Below, piece after piece: positions 30,774-39,832 of a DNA stretch of 64,000 nt. The notes beneath the pieces were generated by a model, which was not told where the DNA came from, made no database searches, and saw only the letters and a list, made by a program, of their open reading frames with translations. The stretch's first letter is position 1. Each line of letters opens with the position of its first letter. The DNA lies in NCBI GenBank assembly GCA_003221005.1, contig QHTZ01000081.1:19725-83724 (forward strand). The letters are read 5' to 3'. This stretch comes from Gemmatimonadota bacterium. GTDB lineage: Bacteria; Gemmatimonadota; Gemmatimonadetes; Gemmatimonadales; GWC2-71-9. The translations under genes were made by a program, and so were the position numbers.

Positions 30774-31729
30774 TTGGAGAACAGCACGCCCGTGCCCGCG
30801 TGGGGCTCGGGGTACCCCTCGCAGGTCATGCGCAGGTCGGTCCAGCGCACGCGGTAACCGCGCTCGATCAGGTGCCGGAACGCCCCCTCGTAGCGCGTCT
30901 GACAGCGGATCGCGACGCGGCGGATGCCGGCACGCGCCGCGGCTGCCTCCGTGGCGACGAGCGCGGCCGCGAAGGCGCGCTCGTCCCGCGCGGCGAGCTT
31001 CAGGATGCGGAGCTCTTCCTTGGGCCGGCCCTCGGCGAGCGGCGCCGAGTGCCACAGCACGAAGGCGTCGAGCCCGTCGCTGCCGTCCACCAGCGTCGTG
31101 TCGCCGAGACCGAGCTGCGCCGTGAGCAGAATCTCCCGCGTGAAGTCCGGGCCAGGGGCGAGCGCCCCGACGAGCCGGGCGGCCGCCGCGGTCGCGGCCT
31201 GCTGCGCGGCCGCGGGGCGCTGCGACAGGAGCGCCGGGGCGGCGTGACCACGCGTCGCGAGATCGCGCGTCATCGTCACCGTGAGGTAGCCAGGAGCGAA
31301 CCCGAGGCGCCCGTAGAAGCCGATGTTCTCGACCGTGCGCGGCATCGTCTCGAGGCCCACGGTGGCGACGTGCTGGTCCACCAGCCAGTCCACCGCGGCC
31401 CGCACGGTCGCCTTGCCGATCCCCACGCCCTGCCGGTCGGGGCGGACCGCGAGCGGGCCCATCCACCCCTCGGCGCCCGAGCGGTGCGCCACGTTGAAGG
31501 CGACGACCTGTCCCGCCTCGTCGCGCCACACCATCGCGCCGTCGCCCGCGTCGAGCAGCGCGTAGCGCCACACCTGGGGATTGAGATGCGGCACCCGCAC
31601 GCCGACCAGGCCGTCGCGGCGGTAGCGGTCGGTGAACGCGTCGGCGAACACCCGGTTCAGGCTCTCGATGTCGCGCTCGACCGCGCGCTCGGGGCCCGAG
31701 ACCTGGCGCTCAGGCAGCCACGCCCGCAT
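30761..31729 (-). CDS. GNAT-family N-acetyltransferase (two-lobed)
   Basis: ATG at 31729 inside track ORF 30761..31795. PLAVRPDRQGVGIGKATVRAAVDWL acetyl-CoA-binding motif. Overlaps the sbcC 3' end by 20 nt. Confidence 0.75.
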   Translation of the reverse strand: MRAWLPERQVSGPERAVERDIESLNRVFADAFTDRYRRDGLVGVRVPHLNPQVWRYALLDAGDGAMVWRDEAGQVVAFNVAHRSGAEGWMGPLAVRPDRQGVGIGKATVRAAVDWLVDQHVATVGLETMPRTVENIGFYGRLGFAPGYLTVTMTRDLATRGHAAPALLSQRPAAAQQAATAAAARLVGALAPGPDFTREILLTAQLGLGDTTLVDGSDGLDAFVLWHSAPLAEGRPKEELRILKLAARDERAFAAALVATEAAAARAGIRRVAIRCQTRYEGAFRHLIERGYRVRWTDLRMTCEGYPEPHAGTGVLFSNWEI

Positions 31730-34166
31730 CGGCAGCTCCCGGCGTCGCGGTGTCGTCCCGGACCACACTCGTGCCCCCGTCCCGGGTAGCGTCATAGTCC
31801 ACGCGGATCACTCGATCCACCCCTTCCCGCACCTGCTCGATGTGCGTGATGAGAATAACCTGTGGGAAGCGATCAGCCAGCCGGCGCAGCAGGGCGACGA
31901 CGTGCTGGCGGCGCGCGTCGTCGAGCGAGCCGAAGATCTCGTCGAGCACCAGGAGCGAGAGCGGCTGGCCGGCGCGCTCCGCGATCATCTGCGAGATCGC
32001 GAGCCGCAGCACCAAGTTCGCCACGTCTTCCTCGCCCCCCGAGATCACGGGCTTGGGGACGCCGCCATCGAGAATGACGACCTCGTAGTCCTCGGTGAGA
32101 TCGATCTGCTGATAGCGCCCGTCGGTGAGGTCCGCCAAGAAGTCCGACGCGAGATCGGCGATCTCGGGGCGCATCGCGGCATTCAGGTCGGCCCGCAGAT
32201 CGGAGAATGCGCGATCCAGCTCGTTGTGGAGGCGGTGGCGCGTCTTGCGCTCGCTGATGTCCCGGTCCCGCGCCGCGCGCTCCTCCTCCCGGCGCGCGGC
32301 CTCTTGCACGTCCCCCTCGGCGCGCGACAGGTCGCCGCGGGCCTCGACCAGCGCCAGCTCCGCCTCACGCAGGGTCCCGAGCGCCCGGTCGTAGCGATCC
32401 TTGGCGAGGCGGAACTGCTCCTCGGAGAAGCCCTCCGCCCGGACGGCGTCCGCCAGCTCGCGCACCCGGCGCTCGGCCTGGGAGAGCAACTGCTCCGCCT
32501 GCTCCGCCTCGGGCACCAGGCCCTCCGCCCGCTGCGCCCGCTCCTCGAGCGCCGCGGCTTCCAGCGCCACCGGCTCGAGCTTCACCAGCTCGGCCCGGAC
32601 GGCGTCGTGGCGCGCCGCGTCGTATCCCGTGCGGCGCGTCGCGAGCCGGCGCTCCAGGCCCGTGGCGCGCTCCCGGGCGGCATCCAGCTCCGCCTTGGCC
32701 CGCGCGCGCTCCTCGGCCTGCGCCCGCAGCTCGCCTGCCCGCTCGCTCGCCCGCCGGCTCTCCTCTCGCAGCTCGTCGCGCTGCGCCTCGAGCAGCCCCA
32801 CACCGGCGGGCGGCTCCGCGAGCTGCTCCAGCCGTTGGCGGAAGAACTTGCCGTCCTCCACGATCGCCTGGAGCTGACGGTCGAGGATTCCGAGCACCGC
32901 GGCGTGCTCGCCCCCGAGCGGCCGCCGGCACGTCGGGCACTCTCCCTCGGGGCCGAGCTGGGCGATCTTGTCGCGCTGCTCCTTCACCTCGTCGTACTGC
33001 TTGAGGAGCTCCGCCCGCCGCGTCGCGGCGTATTCCTTCTCCCGCACCCAGGCTGCCTGCTGCTCCTCGACTGCCGCCTCGGCCGCCTGCACGCGCTCGG
33101 CGAGGCGCCGTGCCTCCGCCTCCGCTCGCTCGAGCGCCGCCCCCACGTCCGCGAGCTCCGCGATCCGCTGCTCCAGCCCGCGCGTGGTGCGCGCCAACTC
33201 GTCGAGCTGCGCCTGCTCCGCGCGCCGGGCCGCCTCCTCCCGCTGGAGCAGCTCGAGGTCGGCGAGCTCGCCCTTGAGCCGGGCCACGGGCGCGAGCTCC
33301 GCCTCCAGCTGCTTCAGCTGCTCGCGCGCTTTGAGCGCGTCGGCCAGCTCCTTGTCGAGCCGCTGGAACTCCTGGCGCCGCCCCTCGACGGCCTGGTGCG
33401 CCATGCGGCGCTCCCCGTCGAGCGACAACGTGCGCTCGCGCCGCGCGGTCCACTCGTTCCAGCGCGGCTCCTCGCGCGCGAGCCGCTGCTGGGCCTGCGC
33501 CCGGGCCGTGTCCGCCGCCTGCGCCGCGCGCTGCGCCGCCGTCAGGCGGGCTTCCGCAGCGCGGCGCTGCTCGGCGAGCGCCTGGGGATCGGGGAGCGCG
33601 GCCTCGAGCCCCTTCACTTCGGCGGCGAGCGTATTCCGCACCTCGCGCACGCGCTCCTGCGCGAGGCGCAGCCGCTCGTACCCGAGCACCTGCGAGAGGA
33701 ACGCGGCCCGGTCGGTCTTCCCGAGCGCTGCCATCACCTTGAGCTCTTTCTGGCCCGTGAAGTAGGTGTTGAAGAACTCCTGGTGCGTCATCCCCAGGGC
33801 CCGCTCGAGCTTGTCCGTCACCGCCTTGAGGGAGTTGGCGACGAGCTGGCCGTCCTGATGCAGCGCCGCCGTGGACAGCGTACGGGCGACCCGGTACTCG
33901 TGCGCGCCGAGCCGGAACTCGAGCTCCACCTCGACGTTGGCGCGCCCCTTCACCCCGATGCGCCGGATGGAGTCCTTGTCCCCGCGCACGGCCTGGACGC
34001 CGTACAGCGCCCAGGCGATCGCCTCCAGGATCGTCGTCTTCCCGGAGCCGTTGGGGCCGATGATCCCCGTGATGCCGGGACCGAACTCGAGCTCGGTGTG
34101 CGCGTGCTGCCGGAAGCTCCGTGCGGTCCAGATCGGCGTCGAGGGGGCGCCGCTCCAGGAACTCAC
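31710..34166 (-). CDS. sbcC: SbcC/Rad50-family SMC-like ATPase with zinc hook
   Basis: GIIGPNGSGKTTILEAI Walker A. Long coiled coil with CPTCRRPL hook. SGGEEDVANLVLRLAIS signature. LLVLDEIFGSLD Walker B. Start taken as GTG 34166; the track ORF extends to 34244. Confidence 0.9.
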   Translation of the reverse strand: MSSWSGAPSTPIWTARSFRQHAHTELEFGPGITGIIGPNGSGKTTILEAIAWALYGVQAVRGDKDSIRRIGVKGRANVEVELEFRLGAHEYRVARTLSTAALHQDGQLVANSLKAVTDKLERALGMTHQEFFNTYFTGQKELKVMAALGKTDRAAFLSQVLGYERLRLAQERVREVRNTLAAEVKGLEAALPDPQALAEQRRAAEARLTAAQRAAQAADTARAQAQQRLAREEPRWNEWTARRERTLSLDGERRMAHQAVEGRRQEFQRLDKELADALKAREQLKQLEAELAPVARLKGELADLELLQREEAARRAEQAQLDELARTTRGLEQRIAELADVGAALERAEAEARRLAERVQAAEAAVEEQQAAWVREKEYAATRRAELLKQYDEVKEQRDKIAQLGPEGECPTCRRPLGGEHAAVLGILDRQLQAIVEDGKFFRQRLEQLAEPPAGVGLLEAQRDELREESRRASERAGELRAQAEERARAKAELDAARERATGLERRLATRRTGYDAARHDAVRAELVKLEPVALEAAALEERAQRAEGLVPEAEQAEQLLSQAERRVRELADAVRAEGFSEEQFRLAKDRYDRALGTLREAELALVEARGDLSRAEGDVQEAARREEERAARDRDISERKTRHRLHNELDRAFSDLRADLNAAMRPEIADLASDFLADLTDGRYQQIDLTEDYEVVILDGGVPKPVISGGEEDVANLVLRLAISQMIAERAGQPLSLLVLDEIFGSLDDARRQHVVALLRRLADRFPQVILITHIEQVREGVDRVIRVDYDATRDGGTSVVRDDTATPGAADAGVAA

Positions 34167-35232
34167 GCACCGTCTCGGGGATGGTCTGTCGCCGTCCGGC
34201 CACGCCCACGGTCTGGAGGCGAGGCAGCTCGGGGCGGCGGACATCGAGCTGGAAGTGGAGCGCGCGCGCCTTGTACGCTCGGATGGCGGCGTGATCGAGG
34301 TCGCGCGCCGTGGCGCGGGAGACGTCGAACACGAGGAGGCGCACCACCTGGTCGTCGATCGGCGGCTTGGCGACGGCCACTGCGGCGGCGATCCGCTCGT
34401 CCAGCTCCTTCGGGGTGAGGCCTTTCCCTTCGATCACGGGCAGCTCGACGTGGCGCCGCGCCAGCGCCAGCGGTCGAAACGTCACCCGGGCGCCCGGCAG
34501 CTCCACCAGGAGGTAGCCCTTCCCGCGCCGCCCGTGCTCCGCTTCGTCTTGGAGCTGGCCCCACGGATTGGGGGCGACGTACTCGAGGCTCCCCGCGTAC
34601 CACGCGTTGGGCGCCAGCTGCTGCGCCACGTGGTAGTGGCCGAGCGCGACGTAGTCCCACTGGGCGGGGGCGAGGTCGGTGCGATCGACCGGCGCGCCGC
34701 CGTACTCCATGGTGCCGCGCGCTTCGCCCACTCCCGGCCATTGCCCGTGGAGCAGCAGCACGTTGAAGGTGCGCCCACCCTGCGGCCGCAGGGCCGGCCG
34801 CTCAGGTTGGGCCAGCGCCTGATGCGGCACCGCGAGGACCGAGCAATCGAGCGCCGGGAAGACGAGCCGCCGTGCCTGGTCCACCACCACCTCCACGCCG
34901 AGCGCTTCGTACAGCCGCAGGATCGTCCCGGTCTCGGCGCTGCGGGGCGTGTCGTGCTCTCCCGCGATCATCACTACGGCGGAGTCGGGTAGCTCTGCCC
35001 GCAGGCGCTGCAGCTGGCGAAACAGGAACAGGATCGCGGGGTTGGCCGGCCGGATGGAGTGGAAGATGTCTCCCGCGAGGAGAATCAAGTCGGGGCGCTG
35101 GTCGATGAGGTCGTCCACCGCGCGCCGGAACGCTTCGGCGACGTCGGCCTCGCGCTGGTTCCCGCCCCGAGGCGTCTGCCGCTCGCACTGGCGGAACCCG
35201 AGGTGCAGGTCGGCGAGGTGCGCGAGCTTCAC
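34141..35232 (-). CDS. sbcD: SbcD/Mre11-family nuclease; 3' end undefined (no in-frame stop before 32365)
   Basis: ADLHLG, LLAGDIFH, GEHD, LLLHG and GHYH phosphoesterase motifs. Homology fades near 34140, but the frame stays open as track ORF 32365..35232. Confidence 0.85.
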
Positions 35233-35236
35233 CCGC

Positions 35237-36094
35237 TCACTTCGCCTCGTTCAGCTGGAGCGACGTGAGATGTTGCAGCGACATCTGCACCGCTCCCTGC
35301 GGACCGCCGCTCACGTTGACCCGCATGTTCCCTCCCATCGACGAGCGGACCGCCGCCCCCCGCGTGACCGAGAACAGCTGCTCCCCGGCGAGCCCCCCCG
35401 TCAGCTTCAGCGTTTGCCGCGCCCCGCCGTCCCCGGTGACGGTGATCGGGTCCCCCGGAAAAGTGGTCTCCACGCCGACCAGGATGGTGGTGTCGGGGCC
35501 GCCCGCATTCAGCTCCTTGAGCGTCAACTTCGTATGCGCCCTGGCCGTGCCGCTCCCGATCTCGCCGACGGGCAGCGCGGTTTCCGTGGTCCAGGAGTCG
35601 CCCACCCCCACGGGCTGCTCGGGGAGGGGGAAGACCATCCCCTCGATGTGACCCCCCAACTGCTCCATGATCTGCGGCGGTAGCCCGCGGACCGGGGCGA
35701 GCTCGGCGTGCAGCACGTTCATGCGGTCGTCGTAGACGACCTGGCCCTTGAGTCCGCGCATCCCAACGAGCACGGGATCGAGCGAGCCGGGCGCCAGCAT
35801 GGTGGACTCGATGGCGGTCGAGTCGAGCCTGATCGTCACGGCGACGCCACCCCGCGCGGGCCCGCCCACGGACTGGGTGAAGTACATCCGCGTGGTGAAC
35901 TTCTGCTCCCCCAAGTGCCCCATGGGACCGCCCTCGAGCTTCATGGAGTTGTGCTGCTCCAGGGCGTAGTGGTACGAGGCGCCGACCGGTGGATGGTAGC
36001 GCAGCGTCAGCTTCGTGGCGCTCCGTTCTTTGCCGCACCCGAGGGCCGCGAGCCCCAGAGCGAGCCCTGCGAAGCGACGGGCGTGGTGTGACAT
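35237..36094 (-). CDS. lipoprotein of unknown function embedded in the repair-gene block
   Basis: 285 aa. MSHHARRFAGLALGLAALGC has a signal and lipobox. 4-nt gap to the sbcD start and 14-nt gap to the herA stop. Confidence 0.6.
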   Translation of the reverse strand: MSHHARRFAGLALGLAALGCGKERSATKLTLRYHPPVGASYHYALEQHNSMKLEGGPMGHLGEQKFTTRMYFTQSVGGPARGGVAVTIRLDSTAIESTMLAPGSLDPVLVGMRGLKGQVVYDDRMNVLHAELAPVRGLPPQIMEQLGGHIEGMVFPLPEQPVGVGDSWTTETALPVGEIGSGTARAHTKLTLKELNAGGPDTTILVGVETTFPGDPITVTGDGGARQTLKLTGGLAGEQLFSVTRGAAVRSSMGGNMRVNVSGGPQGAVQMSLQHLTSLQLNEAK

Positions 36095-36108
36095 CCAGCG
36101 GCCTCCAG

Positions 36109-38067
36109 TCAGTATGGTTCGTCCGACAGCGGGTTGAGGGGCGGCACCGCCTCGCGCGCGCGTCCGGCGGGCTCGGCCGCCGCGACCCGCGCCCCTAGCG
36201 CCCGCCGGAAGAACGCGAGCGGGTCTTCGGGCCGGGCGCGCCGTGTCGCGGCGAGCGCGCGGCGCACGTCATCCGGCGCGCGGTCGACGATGAGGTCGTG
36301 CACCGCGTTCGGCCGGATCCTGCGGTCGAGCCTGAGGAGCTGGCGCACGACCGCGTCGGCGAACGGCAGATCGGCAGCGGGTGGGAACCGCTCGACGCCG
36401 TCCCGCCCGCGCAGCACCGCGGGCCGCGGGAACCGCACGAAGATCGGTTGCGTGAAATGCGGGTGGCGCACCATCAGCTCGCCGATGGGCAGGGTGGCGA
36501 GCTTGATCTTGGTGGCGGGCGAGAGCACCTGGTAGCCGGGCGTGGCCAGCTCGTCGTAGTCCATACGCCCGTAGACGATCGTGCCGGCGTTCCCCACCAC
36601 TCGCCGATGTACCTGCGAGCGGAACTGCTCGGCGCCGAAGAGCACGAGCCCAAGGTAACGCCCGCGCTCCGAGATATCGAGCAGCATCTTGCGGACGTAC
36701 GTGTCCGGCCCGTCGGCCGGCGCGTACTTGTTGAGCTCGTCCACGAACACCACGACGGCCTCGACGCCGAGATCGCGCCGCTCGAGGTGCTCGCGCAGCT
36801 GCGACACGACGCGCGCAAACACGAGGTCCTGGCCAAGCGGATCCACGTTCGCCAGATCGACCACGTACACGGCCCGGTCCTCGAACGCGCCCCACGGCAG
36901 GTCGTTCGAGGGGCCGTCGTCGGTGACGAGCCCCTTGCAACGGGTCGAGATGTTGGAGAGCCGGTTCCGGACCTTGCGCATCGTCGCGATGTGATGAGTG
37001 CGCCACATGTCGCTGCGGCCTGCCAGCTCGAGCCCGTCGAAGATGGCGCGGAACAGCGCATCCAGGTCTGCGAACGTCTGGACCCGATGGGTGCCGCCGA
37101 AGCCATCGTCGAACTCCCGGTTGAGCACCCGGTCGGCGAGGAAGTCGATGAATGCGTCGGCCTTGGCGTCGATGTCGTCGCGGTTCAGGAGCACTTCGGC
37201 GAAGTCGAGCACCTCCTGGAGGCCCCACACGAGGGGCTCGACGGCGCCCACGAGGTCGGGATGGGTGCGCAGCGTATTGAGGTTCACGCCGTCCGCCTTG
37301 AAGGGCGCGTAGTAGCGCACCCGGCGGAACGGCTGCGGCGCGACCCCGAGCCGCTCGTAGCGGCGGCGGTCCGCGTCGTCGAGGCTCCCCGGCTGGTCGA
37401 GGAAGCAGAGGTCGGGACCCTTCACGTTGAAGCACACGGCGGCAATCCGTCCCTTGTGCGCCGGGAAGTGCTGGAAGATGGACGACAACAGGAACTCGAC
37501 GGCGCTCGTCTTGGTCGCGAGTCCAGAGACGCCCGAGATGTTGAGGTGAGCCGCTTCAGGACCGTGCAGGAAGTCCGCGTCCAGGTAGACCGGCGCCTCG
37601 AGCCCTCCCGAGGTGTACAGCCCCACCGGGATGGCGGTGGGGGTGGCGCCCTGGAGGTAGGTCTCCATGCGGAGGGCGCGGGCCACGTCAGGGTCGGTCG
37701 CCACGAACACGCGGCCGAGCGGGACCGGCTGCAGCGGCTCCTCGGGCTCCTGGCGCAGCACGGCCGCGGTCCACAGCCGAATCTCCTGGCGCACCGTGGG
37801 GCTGTCAGCTGCGCGAGCGGGATCTCCGTCGGCGCCGACCACGTCGTGCAGTGGGGTGGCAAGGTCGGAGTAGGCGAACCCATCCGTCACAACCCCGAAG
37901 ACCACCCTTCCCTCTTCCCCCGTCCCACTTCCCTCGACCCTGACAATCGCCCCGATCCCGATCGCCGTCTCGGTAGCGGTCCAGAAGTGGAATTGGTGCG
38001 GCGTCGCCGGCTTGAGCTCGGTGGCGACCACCCGGCCGACCGGCTCCGGCGCCCGTTTCTGGATCAC
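36109..38067 (-). CDS. herA: HerA-like (DUF87/FtsK-HerA superfamily) ATPase
   Basis: 652 aa, GTG start. HAS-barrel-like N-terminus (HQFHFWT...GAIVRVE...VFGVVTD). P-loop region NISGVSGLATKTS. Walker B VVVFVDELNKYAP. ERGRYLGLVLFGAEQFRSQV. Confidence 0.8.
   Translation of the reverse strand: MIQKRAPEPVGRVVATELKPATPHQFHFWTATETAIGIGAIVRVEGSGTGEEGRVVFGVVTDGFAYSDLATPLHDVVGADGDPARAADSPTVRQEIRLWTAAVLRQEPEEPLQPVPLGRVFVATDPDVARALRMETYLQGATPTAIPVGLYTSGGLEAPVYLDADFLHGPEAAHLNISGVSGLATKTSAVEFLLSSIFQHFPAHKGRIAAVCFNVKGPDLCFLDQPGSLDDADRRRYERLGVAPQPFRRVRYYAPFKADGVNLNTLRTHPDLVGAVEPLVWGLQEVLDFAEVLLNRDDIDAKADAFIDFLADRVLNREFDDGFGGTHRVQTFADLDALFRAIFDGLELAGRSDMWRTHHIATMRKVRNRLSNISTRCKGLVTDDGPSNDLPWGAFEDRAVYVVDLANVDPLGQDLVFARVVSQLREHLERRDLGVEAVVVFVDELNKYAPADGPDTYVRKMLLDISERGRYLGLVLFGAEQFRSQVHRRVVGNAGTIVYGRMDYDELATPGYQVLSPATKIKLATLPIGELMVRHPHFTQPIFVRFPRPAVLRGRDGVERFPPAADLPFADAVVRQLLRLDRRIRPNAVHDLIVDRAPDDVRRALAATRRARPEDPLAFFRRALGARVAAAEPAGRAREAVPPLNPLSDEPY
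37905..37937 (-). repeat. solo G-arm heptamer repeat inside the herA CDS
   Basis: Minus strand TCGAGGGAAGTGGGACGGGGGAAGAGGGAAGGG. 20/21 identical to 28765-28785 by hand count. GGG every 7 nt. Encodes EGSGTGEEGR. Confidence 0.7.
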
Positions 38068-39050
38068 GAAGCCGCTTTGGGGAGGCGGGAGGCGGGGGAC
38101 GGGAGCAGGTCCCGCGGGGCGCGCGCTCTCAGATACGTCTCCACGTCATGAATGGGATAAAGTAATCGATCCCACCGCGCATCGGGGGTCGAGACCGGCG
38201 CGCGCTCGCGCGCGAGCCAGCCGCTCACGCCCGACGCCGCCGTGACCGTTGCGGGATGGGCGCGCGCCTCGACCCGCAGCAGGCCGAACAACAGGTCGTT
38301 CCCCTCCCACGGCCACAGCCGCAGGTACCACGAGTAAACCTCGTGGTGCGCCCGACCCCGCGGGCGGAACACCGAGGTGCGATGCAGCGCCGGAAGCGTG
38401 AGGGCGCGCGTGAGGGCGTCGCCCTCGAAGTACTGCGCGCCGTGGCTCTTGATCACGCCGAGCGCGCGCGGATGCCCGGCGAGGCGGGCGGACTCGGAGA
38501 GCACACCGTCCACGACGAACCACTCTTCGGCGCCGAGCGACGCGAGGTGCCGCTCCGCCAGGTCCTTCTCGAGCGCGACGCGGGCGTTCTCGACGGCGCG
38601 CCGTGCTGCCTCGAGCGCCGGCCCAGGCTGGCCCAGGGCCTCCTGAGGCACGTCCACCAGGTCCACGCCGCTCGCCTCGAGCGCCGCGCGCACGCCGGGA
38701 CGCAGCGCGGCCACGGCTGCCGCGTGAAACTCCCGCGTCGTCTCCCCGACGACGCGCAGCCGGCGGTCTCCAGTCCGGCGTCGCACGGCGGACGCCACGT
38801 ACGCCCGCACGATGGGCACGGCGCCGTCGTAGTAGGTGACCTTCCAGCGCTGGATACCGTCGAGGAAAGAGGCTGTCGCGGGGGGGGCAATGACGCCGCC
38901 GGGATCGAGTGGGTGGATCCGGACCTCCGTGTCCTCGACCAGCTCGGCCCCGGCGACCTCGCTGAGCTCGGTACGCCCCAGGCTCTCCTCCGGGACGTGC
39001 GACGCCCGCACGGCCCCTGCCGCCACGATCGCGTCCGCCCAGCTGCGCAT
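38064..39050 (-). CDS. nurA: NurA-like 5'-3' nuclease
   Basis: 328 aa. FLDGIQRW, WFVVDGVLSES, ALGVIKSHGAQYF, YSWYLRL and LLYPIHDVETYLRA resemble NurA-domain blocks. GTGA overlap with herA. TAG plus 2 nt after the upstream MTase. Confidence 0.65.
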   Translation of the reverse strand: MRSWADAIVAAGAVRASHVPEESLGRTELSEVAGAELVEDTEVRIHPLDPGGVIAPPATASFLDGIQRWKVTYYDGAVPIVRAYVASAVRRRTGDRRLRVVGETTREFHAAAVAALRPGVRAALEASGVDLVDVPQEALGQPGPALEAARRAVENARVALEKDLAERHLASLGAEEWFVVDGVLSESARLAGHPRALGVIKSHGAQYFEGDALTRALTLPALHRTSVFRPRGRAHHEVYSWYLRLWPWEGNDLLFGLLRVEARAHPATVTAASGVSGWLARERAPVSTPDARWDRLLYPIHDVETYLRARAPRDLLPSPASRLPKAAS

Positions 39051-39052
39051 GG

Positions 39053-39832
39053 CTAGCGGGTCCGCAGTGCCCAGCCGATGTAGGTGATGCTCGTGTCGTC
39101 CACCAGGGAGCGGGTCCCGTCGGGCGCCCGGCCCACGCCCTTCACCTCCTGCACCACCATGCCGTGGCGCGCCAGCCCGTCGCCAAGCTCGGCGGGCGTG
39201 ATGAAGCGGGCGAAGTCGTGGAAGCCTTCGGGCATCGTATGGCGCACGTATTCCTCTTCCCAGATCAGCTCGAGGAACGCGGCCAGAGTGCGGTTGTGCG
39301 TAAGGAAGCCGAGCCCGCCACCGGGGGCGAGCACCGTGGCGATCGCGTCGACGGTGGCGTCGAGGTCCTCCACGTGCTCGAGCACGTCCACGGCGAAGAC
39401 GAGGTCGAAGCCCACCCCGAGCCCGCCCGACGCGAGCGCCTCGGCCGTGCCAAGCCGGTAGTCGATCGAGAGGCCGGAGCGCGCCGCGTGCTCACGCGCG
39501 GCCGTGAGGGACTTTTCCGACGGATCGACCCCGGTGACGATCGCCCCCTCGCGGACGAGCGTTTCCGCCAGGATCCCCCCGCCGCACCCCACGTCCAGGG
39601 CGCGCTTCCTGCCGAAGCCGCCGAACACCGTGCGGAAGTACTCGACCCGCAGCACGTTGAGCTGATGCAACCCGACGAAGGGACCCGCGTCGCTCCACCA
39701 CACGCCCGGGACGCGCTCGACGAGGCGTTCGTACTTGTCCGGCTCGGAAAGCCCGCCGACGCGGGGGAGGGAGTCGGTCAGGCCGTGGCCTCGACGTCGA
39801 CGTTGGGGAAGGGTGGCACCTCGAGGAACCAC
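39053..39832 (-). CDS. class I SAM-dependent methyltransferase (UbiG-like)
   Basis: ALDVGCGGGILAETL motif I. DLVFAVDVLEHVEDL. FLTHNRT...EEEYVRHTMPEGFHDFARFITPAEL is UbiG-like. Start (GTG 39832) is uncertain because it overlaps the upstream gene by 55 nt. Confidence 0.75.
   Translation of the reverse strand: MVPRGATLPQRRRRGHGLTDSLPRVGGLSEPDKYERLVERVPGVWWSDAGPFVGLHQLNVLRVEYFRTVFGGFGRKRALDVGCGGGILAETLVREGAIVTGVDPSEKSLTAAREHAARSGLSIDYRLGTAEALASGGLGVGFDLVFAVDVLEHVEDLDATVDAIATVLAPGGGLGFLTHNRTLAAFLELIWEEEYVRHTMPEGFHDFARFITPAELGDGLARHGMVVQEVKGVGRAPDGTRSLVDDTSITYIGWALRTR

Noticed and set aside
31632-34418. 928-aa ORF on the plus strand
   Set aside because: Antisense to sbcC. It is a Leu/Arg/Pro/Glu low-complexity mirror of a coiled-coil gene with no independent support.
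32365-35232. 955-aa ORF taken at face value as a giant SbcD
   Set aside because: Beyond about residue 360 the translation is Arg/Gly/Ala low-complexity sequence produced by reading sbcC out of frame. It is reported instead as a missing-stop anomaly.
36298-38151. 617-aa ORF on the plus strand
   Set aside because: Antisense to the herA-like gene. A shadow ORF.
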